Positions 56,801-64,000 of a DNA stretch of 64,000 nt are shown here, one piece after another (position 1 is the first letter of the stretch; every line of letters starts with the position of its first letter). The stretch is from positions 34,050 to 98,049 of IMG/VR virus record IMGVR_UViG_3300045131_002463, one strand, 5' to 3'. The notes under the pieces were generated by a model. It saw nothing but the letters and a program-made list of their open reading frames with translations, searched no databases and was not told the DNA's origin. A program made the translations under genes and the position numbers. The DNA comes from a virus.

Positions 56801-58916
56801 ACCTTATGCTACAGTTACTATAAATGCAGCAGTTGATTTTTCTTATGATGGTAGTAGCGGAGCTTCTTATGTAGGCTCAATGCAGATATCCCCTGCTGTT
56901 GATTTTTATGTAGATTCTAATCAGCTTCCGGCCCTTAATGTTGATTTTGATAATAATTTAGCTCCTATTTTAGATGCTTTAAATCCTATATTAGCGGAAC
57001 GAATAAATTATGGATCATGGAGAGTAGTAGGACAAACTTATTTAGGTAATCCTTATTATGGTACCCACTTTTTTAGGCAGGAGGAGGAGAGAACTTTAAC
57101 TTCTCAGCAATTACTTCCTGGGTCTATTACGCAAGATATGGGAAATAGAGTAGTTGATATGTCTCTAATTTCCATGATGAGGACTAAGGATGAGGATGGA
57201 GATCCTCTTATTATTTCGTTTTCTGTTACTGGGCTTATGCCTAATCAAGAACATGCTGTATCTATAAATGGAGTAATAGTTAATGCAAGCCTTAATACTT
57301 CTATTACTAATGTGAGAGGTACTGTAGGTACGCACACATATCAAGGTAAAACATTACTGAAAGCAGATAACGCAGGCAGGTTAACAGGTAAATTTGAGAT
57401 GCCTACGGGTATACCCTCAGGCTCTGTACCTATAAAAGTATTTTATTATTTAGCTCCTGATATATCCTCAGCTATTACTATGTATTATGGTGCAGGGTTT
57501 ATGCAAAATACACAACAGACCATTTTAGGTATGGCCTCTCCTGAATTACGGTGTAATAGCAGAACTGAACATATGGCATTAGCTGACGAGAGAGTATGGT
57601 CTTTCTTTGTTGATCCTATAGCTCAAACATTTATGGTAAGAGATGATATAAAATATATTTCAGAAGTGGGGTTATTCTTTAATAAGAAGCATGCTACCCT
57701 GCCCATCACAGTACAAATTAGGGACGTTCTTACTAATAGCATTCCAGGTAATACTGTGTTTTCCTCCTGTACATTGTATCCGGAAGATGTAAATATTTCT
57801 TCAGATGCCTCAGTTGAAACAATTTTTGAGTTTGAACACATTATAGGGTATAAGCCAGGGGTAGAATATTGTGTAGTGGTTATGCCCGCGCAGTCTAATA
57901 CAGACTATGAATTATGGACAGCCAGGGTGGGTGAGATAGACGTATTGTCTAGGACTTTTATTAATACTCAGGTCCATGACGGGGTTCTTTTCCATAGTCC
58001 AAATGCAAGAACATGGGAGGCTTTAACCAAACAAGATCTAAAGATTAATATTTACAAATCAAATTTTGAGAATGACTGTCAAATTGTATTTTCTCATATA
58101 TCAGGCTTACAAGCAAGTCTTATTGCTACAGCAGTTACAGATTTTGCGGCACCTGGAACCAACACAACATGGTCTTATAGTTTAAACGGAGAAGTATGGA
58201 TTCCCTTTAGACCAGATGTAGATTTAGTGCTTGAGGATATTATTACTGATATAGATTTACGTATTGATGTTACTTCATTAGGTGGATCTTATCAGATGGT
58301 GGAGCAGATAGCGGGTATAATATTTTTGCTGCACGAGCCGTTTGCCTACGCAATATTCCAGGATCAATATTTTACTAACGATCTAGAATATCCTAATAAA
58401 GTAACATGCTACATGGATCTAGATATAGACAGTACTAATGGAGGCAGTGGAAGAAGCGTTACTCCTAAATATAGTACAGATGATGGATTAAGTTGGGTAG
58501 AATTAACTCCTACTTCATCTTATACTCCTATAGCGCAATTAGATCCTTATTATAAATATGAGTTTACAACTCCTCAGCAAGCCACAATAGCAACAGCAAG
58601 TGACACATCTCCTATTGTTATAGGGAGTGTAAGTCACGGATTTCAAAACAACGCTATAGTGGACATAGCAAGTGTTACTACAAATACAGCAGCTAATGGT
58701 AAATGGCGTGTTATGAATAAAACTGATGATACTTTTGAGCTGTATGACGCGGCTACTGGCTTAATAGCTAGTACTGGAAATGGGGCAGGTACAGGCGGTA
58801 CTGTAGATATGGCTGAGTTTTATCAGATGAGACCTATGATATATCTAGAAACAGATCACCAAGCTAAGACACCCAGAATACAAAATATTTCTTTTATTTG
58901 TTCGAGGCAAAGTTAA
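53844..58916 (+). CDS. large tail/baseplate protein B (paralog of A)
   Basis: Colinear similarity to 48524-53602; 1690 aa. Confidence 0.75.
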   Translation: MAASMIDFLNDYDVRVTDLLDPPVMEAVVIGAVGTTTYTYKATFVTAVGQSLLSSAVSVTNGNANLNGFYKNKLSVLNIPPSVKYIRFWKLVGSTWTRLGDVIPSIGYIYDTGQATSISTLPTINTSGRPDVIAIGLKPGQLKQRITDMDVQAMEFRKNQDLWDTVFRDGDIKKGCKENQITGPLRVNSTAYAVGDVVIVDTDIQYRYRCTVAGTSNSTLPTGWPTIIDSTFVDGTVTWTPICEWTFSEGQMYLFGVMITVPEGTVSLLGDGTEVVGVSVERLVSTADDDVIQRAGFDERVPPEAANTGPDWIYLQVSWGVDVAGQIPVKEFVNGVPKLVTVLVERSKLEVDLARRQTDHAGSFVVRNFPLQVVEHPDVESKLVLNVGSGKAYPNGFEIETYAIQELPFNKARDTKSENNSGLDPFSIPGGSATTINDETFDVDGLSIKLSVGSGNPHTVTFTGDGKTASQLITIIENAVNTYSSDPDYDLVTCSAADGYLQIRAISGKSLTLHTVTDDAYTVLGLTVGTYLASGTRIYPINNNYIKTVTDLNYKTEVVEQVTHNGNTHIDLLANSGVVYIVGASITEMDAHDHKWDYELATDFTRAGNTISFEGMGGSEPVAGATYYVCYQYNRNAIKGTRQLIQVIDAYVQKGNEYGSDQIVYTSATSVTRVYDGTPVTGMSGVAKDVVELLRVNATAGQSQTQYPDASLSKNSTGIAHNTSTIEWSEAGSAISGGQPAFHSYYYVSFTAWRHVLEGDYVAADSYDLYDNIEYFSTLYLRDCIDFRTTSLLVPVPDEDTSLDYEYYLARVDKLVLSDAGNFSLITGAPALLAPVPQDQTNLLTIAIMRVSPYTYSTSDCLITSTEPLRITQKGIKELRDRIERLEYWKSINDLEKEVANTSAGADSQGMFTDALTGYGRMDLQFNRGGIYHTAALDRYIRCLSLPTYAPADARNLVIDDAESTNFIRRGNMLTLAYTPEVFDSQPYATVTINAAVDFSYDGSSGASYVGSMQISPAVDFYVDSNQLPALNVDFDNNLAPILDALNPILAERINYGSWRVVGQTYLGNPYYGTHFFRQEEERTLTSQQLLPGSITQDMGNRVVDMSLISMMRTKDEDGDPLIISFSVTGLMPNQEHAVSINGVIVNASLNTSITNVRGTVGTHTYQGKTLLKADNAGRLTGKFEMPTGIPSGSVPIKVFYYLAPDISSAITMYYGAGFMQNTQQTILGMASPELRCNSRTEHMALADERVWSFFVDPIAQTFMVRDDIKYISEVGLFFNKKHATLPITVQIRDVLTNSIPGNTVFSSCTLYPEDVNISSDASVETIFEFEHIIGYKPGVEYCVVVMPAQSNTDYELWTARVGEIDVLSRTFINTQVHDGVLFHSPNARTWEALTKQDLKINIYKSNFENDCQIVFSHISGLQASLIATAVTDFAAPGTNTTWSYSLNGEVWIPFRPDVDLVLEDIITDIDLRIDVTSLGGSYQMVEQIAGIIFLLHEPFAYAIFQDQYFTNDLEYPNKVTCYMDLDIDSTNGGSGRSVTPKYSTDDGLSWVELTPTSSYTPIAQLDPYYKYEFTTPQQATIATASDTSPIVIGSVSHGFQNNAIVDIASVTTNTAANGKWRVMNKTDDTFELYDAATGLIASTGNGAGTGGTVDMAEFYQMRPMIYLETDHQAKTPRIQNISFICSRQS

Positions 58917-59099
58917 ATGAAAGATAATTTATATGATACTCCTCCCCCGGGGTATACACGAGTGGGCACAAAAAAGGGGTGGGCAGTTCCAGCTAAGACC
59001 CCACAAAGCGGTAAACTTGCTAAGATAAAACAAGAAAATGAAGAGCTAAAACATAGGCTAACACAATTAGAGGAACTTGTAAAAAATATTATTAAGTAG
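58917..59099 (+). CDS. small coiled-coil protein, paralog of 53602-53811
   Basis: DTPPPGY..GWAVPAKTPQ..ENEELK. Confidence 0.6.
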   Translation: MKDNLYDTPPPGYTRVGTKKGWAVPAKTPQSGKLAKIKQENEELKHRLTQLEELVKNIIK

Positions 59100-59113
59100 A
59101 AAGGAAATAAGTA

Positions 59114-59407
59114 ATGGCTAGCTTTGCGTCTGGCATAGCCCCAGGAGGTGGGGGAGGTGGGATGATTACTAGAGGGTGCACTAAAGCGGGTGCTATTGCT
59201 TTAGATATGACCGTACTAGACCCCGCTCGTATTCCAGTACCCCCTGTACCACGATGCTGGATAATTACAGGAGTCAAGGTTCCTATAGGACGTAGTTTTG
59301 CCAGTGTTCAGTCTGGCTTTGAAATAGTAAATTTTAATTTTCATACATATGGAACACAAAGAAGTCTTCCTACTAATACAGGAATCAAGGGACCTATATC
59401 AGTATAA
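59114..59407 (+). CDS. small protein, triplet paralog 1
   Basis: CW..SVQSGFEIVNFNFH..GT. Confidence 0.6.
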   Translation: MASFASGIAPGGGGGGMITRGCTKAGAIALDMTVLDPARIPVPPVPRCWIITGVKVPIGRSFASVQSGFEIVNFNFHTYGTQRSLPTNTGIKGPISV

Positions 59408-59438
59408 CTAAAAAATAAATAAGGGCGTAATAGTATAA

Positions 59439-59693
59439 ATGGGTAAATATGCAAGTGGGGACGGTTCAGCTTTTGCTGCCTTAGGGCCTATAGGTTGTGA
59501 CAGACTTCCAGGTATGTATGCAAATGATATAGTAGGAAAAGGATGCTGGGCCGTAACAGGAAAGACTATTCCTATAGGTAGCAGTTACGCTAGTATACAA
59601 GCAGGTTTTGAGTTAATAAACTTTAATTTTAGAGTGGATGGAACCGCAGGGGCGGTTCCTACACAGATATCACTTCCAGGGGAGTTTGCTTAA
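59439..59693 (+). CDS. small protein, triplet paralog 2
   Basis: CW..SIQAGFELINFNFR..GT. Confidence 0.6.
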   Translation: MGKYASGDGSAFAALGPIGCDRLPGMYANDIVGKGCWAVTGKTIPIGSSYASIQAGFELINFNFRVDGTAGAVPTQISLPGEFA

Positions 59694-59950
59694 TGTCAGG
59701 AAAATATTATCCAGGGGGAAAGGCTAGCGTTAGCTTTGGTCCGGGAGTTGCTGCTTGTCCTAAAGAGCAAGCAACTGCTTTTGATATGATAGATCCAGCG
59801 TGCTGGAAAGTATTTGGGGCTGGTATAGTAATAGCTGGGAGCGGTAACAGTGTTCAAGGTGGATTTGAGATATTTAATTTTAACGTTCATAATGATGGGA
59901 CTTCTAGAGCCGTCCCTACTGTTTTAGATCTAGAGGGGACAGTAGCATAA
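59693..59950 (+). CDS. small protein, triplet paralog 3
   Basis: CW..SVQGGFEIFNFNVH..GT. Confidence 0.6.
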   Translation: MSGKYYPGGKASVSFGPGVAACPKEQATAFDMIDPACWKVFGAGIVIAGSGNSVQGGFEIFNFNVHNDGTSRAVPTVLDLEGTVA

Positions 59951-62900
59951 TGCCCTTTGATGAATCGTTAGTAGATAAAGGTAGTTGGTTTTATGATACC
60001 AGTGATGGTTCCACTCCTCCCCCAGTAGGAGATGGTGTTACCTATTCTCGTGCCCTGGGCTGGCAGTCCCCGGAGGGAAACTTTTATGGACAGGAGAGAT
60101 GGGTTAGAGATTGGTATTCTGCAGTTTTTTGGGACGGAGAAGAGTATAAAATATTTGAAATTGACGGGGAGGCCGATTCTCCTGAGTTATTGCCTATTCC
60201 TGGAGAAATTAATCCTAGAACTGGAGAACCTTATGGGTCTCGTAGCTCTTTTGAAATGTGGGCTACCCCAAGATTGAATTGGCCCCCAGAAGATTTAACA
60301 ATATATGATGGGCGTAGCAAGGAGTACTGGTGGTGGGATGTTGATACACAAGAATGGAAAATAATAGAGTGGTACTGGACCTGTGACGGAGAAGATGAGC
60401 TTCCTCTTCCGGGAATTAAGAGAGGATCGGCACATATAATAATTTATCCAGATGTAAAGGTAATGTGGAATGGGTATGTTTGGAAAAGGTATTCCATAGA
60501 TATGTTAGATGGGGGAGAGCGTGTTGATGGGTTAGAGGGATTAACAGAGCTTACTACAGGACAGGTTACACAACTACAAGGTGATCATAATAATTTATTG
60601 GCTTCTTATTTAGGTAATACAGATACAGGAGATGAGGAATTAGACGGTGCAGCTGAAGCTAATTTAGCAATGGTTAATACATTAAACGCCATGTCTGATC
60701 ACGGGTGGATTACTTTAGCAGAAGCACTTGAGTTAAAGAAACACCTAGCAGATATTATAGCTGAATCTGAATCTTTAATTTTTATTGCTAATGCTTTAGA
60801 AGAAGCAGTAGAGGACTTAGATTTATCTTCAGAAATAAGTAATTATGATTCAGCGGTAACTCAATTAACTCTGGCTCTTAATAGTTGGATAAATGCATCA
60901 GCTTATCCGGTGGAAATAACTGGTACAGTAACAACAAGAGAGACTTTAGACGCTAGAATAGCAACTGTAGTATCAACACGAGAATTGTTAAGAACTGCAA
61001 CCCAAAGTGCAAATATTAGTTATGTTGATGCGCAGACAATCCAATTAAACGAGTCAATCAATACCCTTTCTGGAAATGTAGATACTTGGTTTTCTGATGC
61101 TGTTATTACTTATATAGAGGCTAGCTCCCTTAAGACGTCGCTAATACAGGTTAATTCAGAATCTATTGATATTATAGCAGTGGCAGAGTCTCTACTAGTC
61201 TCAGCTGTAACAGTTTCTGCCTACACACAAGCACTGGACTATTTAGATACAGCCCTTGACTTATTTATAGATAAGACATCATATCCTATAGAAATCACTT
61301 CTCAGCAACGAGTAGATATCACTGAAGCCCTTGCGGAAGTTCAGGCTACAAAGACTTTATTATCTATAGCTATAGAAGAAAAGAGAACTCAGACTGCAAT
61401 TGAATATATAGATCAGCAAGTGGGTGAGTTAGATTCTGCGTTTGCTAGTATGGCAGCAAATATTGTAGACTGGACGGTAGATTTATCTGTGAGTTCGTCC
61501 GAGTCAGACTCCTTAGAGATTAGCATGATAGCGGTGCAGTCCCAGGCAAGTGATTTGGAAGCAATTGCCTCTAGTCTTGCTCCTGTCCCAGAAACCTCCC
61601 CTGTAAGTTCCATTACTGCTGCAAAGACAGCTTTTTCTGATTCCTTATCCGCCTTATTTGTTTTACTTAATCCTTATATAAATCAACAATCTTATCCTAT
61701 TGAGATAACACAAAACGATAAGGATACAATAGTAATTGCATTAAATGACACTCGTTCTAAAAAGTTACTTCTAGAAGATGCAATTAGTTCTACAAGAATA
61801 ACTAATATTTATGATTACGTAGATGATCAAATTGGAGAGGTTAACACCGCCGTAGGAGACTTAGGCGATGAGTTAGCGCTAGCTTCTAATGATAGCTATA
61901 TCACGCTAGCAGAGGCTAACGAAATTAAGCGCCATAAGGCGCAGCTTGACGCTGAATCTACAGACATAATTGCAATAGCCGCAGGCTTGGCTCCGGTCCC
62001 TGAGACAGACCCAATAAGTGCTATTACTACCAAGAAATTAGCATATTCCGCTTCGCTTACAGCGCTAACAAATGCGCTAGCAAGCTGGATCACTAATGTT
62101 ACATATCCTCTGGAAATTACAGGACAAGTCACAACAAAAGTTGCGATGAGCACAGCTCTTGCTAATGTGAAGATAGCGCAGGCGGCGCTCACAAAAGAAA
62201 TTCAAGCCTCTAACGTGGGTTACGTAGACGATCAAATTGGAGAAGTTAACACAGCCGTAGGAGATTTAGGAGATGAGTTAGCGCTAGCTTCCAATGATAG
62301 CTATATCACGCTAGCAGAGGCTAACGAAATTAAGCGCCATAAAGCGCAGCTTGACGCTGAGTCTACCGATATAATTGCAATAGCCACAGGCTTAGCTCCG
62401 GTCCCCGAGACAGACCCCGTAAGTGCTATCACCACTAAGAAATTAGCATATTCAGCTTCGCTTACCGCGCTAACTAATGCGCTAGCAAGTTGGATCACCA
62501 ACGTTACGTATCCTCTGGAAATTACAGGACAAGTTACAACAAAAAGCACTATGAGTGCAGTGTTAGCTAATGTGAAGATAGCGCAGGCGGCGCTCACAAA
62601 AGAAATTCAAGCCTCTAACGTGGGTTACGTAGACGATCAAATTGGAGAAGTTAACACAGCCGTAGGAGATTTAGGAGATGAGTTAGCGCTAGCTTCCAAT
62701 GATAGCTATATCACGCTAGCAGAGGCTAACGAAATTAAGCGCCATAAAGCGCAGCTTGACGCTGAGTCTACCGATATAATTGCAATAGCCACAGGCTTAG
62801 CTCCGGTCCCCGAGACAGACCCCGTAAGTGCTATCACCACTAAGAAATTAGCATATTCCGCTTCGCTTACAGCGCTAACAAATGCGCTAGCAAGTTGGAT

Positions 62901-64000
62901 CACCAACGTTACGTATCCTCTGGAAATTGCAGGACAAGTCACAACAAAAGTTGCGATGAGCACAGCTCTTGCTAACGTGAAGATAGCGCAAGCAGCGCTC
63001 ACAAAAGAAATTCAAGCCTCTAACGTGGATTACGTAGATGATCAAATTGGAGAGGTTAACACCGCCGTAGGAGACTTAGGCGATGAGTTAGCGCTAGCTT
63101 CTAATGATAGCTATATCACGCTAGCAGAGGCTAACGAAATTAAGCGCCATAAGGCGCAGCTTGACGCTGAATCTACAGACATAATTGCAATAGCGGTGAG
63201 TCTAGCTCCGGTGCCTGAGACAGACCCAGTTAGTGCTATTACTACCAAGAAATTAGCATATTCCGCTTCGCTTACAGCGCTAACAAATGCGCTAGCAAGT
63301 TGGATCACCAACGTTACGTATCCTCTGGAAATTACAGGACAAGTTACAACAAAAAGCACTATGAGTGCAGTGTTAGCTAATGTGAAGATAGCGCAGGCGG
63401 CGCTCACAAAAGAAATTCAAGCCTCTAACGTGGGTTACGTAGACGATCAAATTGGAGAAGTTAACACAGCCGTAGGAGATTTAGGAGATGAGTTAGCGCT
63501 AGCTTCCAATGATAGCTATATCACGCTAGCAGAGGCTAACGAAATTAAGCGCCATAAAGCGCAGCTTGACGCTGAGTCTACCGATATAATTGCAATAGCC
63601 ACAGGCTTAGCTCCGGTCCCCGAGACAGACCCCGTAAGTGCTATCACCACTAAGAAATTAGCATATTCCGCTTCGCTTACAGCGCTAACAAATGCGCTAG
63701 CAAGTTGGATCACCAACGTTACGTATCCTCTGGAAATTGCAGGACAAGTCACAACAAAAGTTGCGATGAGCACAGCTCTTGCTAACGTGAAGATAGCGCA
63801 AGCAGCGCTCACAAAAGAAATTCAAGCCTCTAACGTGGATTACGTAGATGATCAAATTGGAGAGGTTAACACCGCCGTAGGAGACTTAGGCGATGAGTTA
63901 GCGCTAGCTTCTAATGATAGCTATATCACGCTAGCAGAGGCTAACGAAATTAAGCGCCATAAGGCGCAGCTTGACGCTGAATCTACAGACATAATTGCAA
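59950..64000 (+). CDS. giant repetitive helical protein, probably tail-associated (3' truncated by window)
   Basis: Read manually from ATG 59950 (MPFDESLVDKGSW...); the parts read are stop-free to the window end (~1350 aa); absent from ORF track. Confidence 0.8.
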   Translation, partial: MPFDESLVDKGSWFYDTSDGSTPPPVGDGVTYSRALGWQSPEGNFYGQERWVRDWYSAVFWDGEEYKIFEIDGEADSPELLPIPGEINPRTGEPYGSRSSFEMWATPRLNWPPEDLTIYDGRSKEYWWWDVDTQEWKIIEWYWTCDGEDELPLPGIKRGSAHIIIYPDVKVMWNGYVWKRYSIDMLDGGERVDGLEGLTELTTGQVTQLQGDHNNLLASYLGNTDTGDEELDGAAEANLAMVNTLNAMSDHGWITLAEALELKKHLADIIAESESLIFIANALEEAVEDLDLSSEISNYDSAVTQLTLALNSWINASAYPVEITGTVTTRETLDARIATVVSTRELLRTATQSANISYVDAQTIQLNESINTLSGNVDTWFSDAVITYIEASSLKTSLIQVNSESIDIIAVAESLLVSAVTVSAYTQALDYLDTALDLFIDKTSYPIEITSQQRVDITEALAEVQATKTLLSIAIEEKRTQTAIEYIDQQVGELDSAFASMAANIVDWTVDLSVSSSESDSLEISMIAVQSQASDLEAIASSLAPVPETSPVSSITAAKTAFSDSLSALFVLLNPYINQQSYPIEITQNDKDTIVIALNDTRSKKLLLEDAISSTRITNIYDYVDDQIGEVNTAVGDLGDELALASNDSYITLAEANEIKRHKAQLDAESTDIIAIAAGLAPVPETDPISAITTKKLAYSASLTALTNALASWITNVTYPLEITGQVTTKVAMSTALANVKIAQAALTKEIQASNVGYVDDQIGEVNTAVGDLGDELALASNDSYITLAEANEIKRHKAQLDAESTDIIAIATGLAPVPETDPVSAITTKKLAYSASLTALTNALASWITNVTYPLEITGQVTTKSTMSAVLANVKIAQAALTKEIQASNVGYVDDQIGEVNTAVGDLGDELALASNDSYITLAEANEIKRHKAQLDAESTDIIAIATGLAPVPETDPVSAITTKKLAYSASLTALTNALASWITNVTYPLEIAGQVTTKVAMSTALANVKIAQAALTKEIQASNVDYVDDQIGEVNTAVGDLGDELALASNDSYITLAEANEIKRHKAQLDAESTDIIAIAVSLAPVPETDPVSAITTKKLAYSASLTALTNALASWITNVTYPLEITGQVTTKSTMSAVLANVKIAQAALTKEIQASNVGYVDDQIGEVNTAVGDLGDELALASNDSYITLAEANEIKRHKAQLDAESTDIIAIATGLAPVPETDPVSAITTKKLAYSASLTALTNALASWITNVTYPLEIAGQVTTKVAMSTALANVKIAQAALTKEIQASNVDYVDDQIGEVNTAVGDLGDELALASNDSYITLAEANEIKRHKAQLDAESTDIIA
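61816..64000 (+). repeat. 405-bp (135-aa) tandem repeat, about 5.4 copies
   Basis: Units start TACGTAGA(T/C)GATCAAATTGG at 61816, 62221, 62626, 63031, 63436, 63841. Confidence 0.95.

Noticed and set aside
60032-60277. 81-aa plus-strand ORF
   Set aside because: Alternative frame inside the ORF starting at 59950.
61413-63812. Repeated minus-strand 98-aa ORFs
   Set aside because: Antisense shadows of the 405-bp repeat in the long plus-strand ORF.
48524-64000. Diversity-generating retroelement acting on tail genes
   Set aside because: No reverse transcriptase seen and no adenine-specific TR/VR pair.
1-64000. Genome-wide stop-codon reassignment
   Set aside because: Long genes are intact in the standard code and TAA, TAG and TGA all terminate genes; only one in-frame TGA case was found.

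Overview
About 64 kb of an AT-rich tailed dsDNA phage genome with a contractile (myovirus-type) tail, arranged as two divergent arms that meet at an A/T-tract-rich intergenic region (~23.4-23.8 kb). Left arm (minus strand): DnaB helicase, primase, SSB, SF2 helicase, RecA, two PD-(D/E)XK nucleases, RuvC-like resolvase, AAA+ ATPase, ParB-like protein, terminase, HNH endonuclease and ThyX. It ends in an RNA-centred operon: sigma70 promoter, six tandem Y-RNA-like ncRNAs, a Ro60/TROVE protein, small ORFs and five tRNA or tRNA-like genes with atypical T-loops. Right arm (plus strand): XkdF-like protease, scaffold, major capsid, neck, sheath, a 3-kb accessory island with its own promoters and structured ncRNA candidates, tube, a tail chaperone with a -1 frameshift site, tape measure, split hub/spike genes, baseplate wedge, two ~1690-aa paralogous tail proteins, and a giant ORF with 405-bp tandem repeats running off the window. 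The most notable candidates are the six-member Y RNA array beside Ro60, a promoter-to-terminator ncRNA whose loops display anti-Shine-Dalgarno/anti-AUG sequences, and a dispersed 16-18 bp palindrome. All family calls come from motif recognition by eye; no database search was run.
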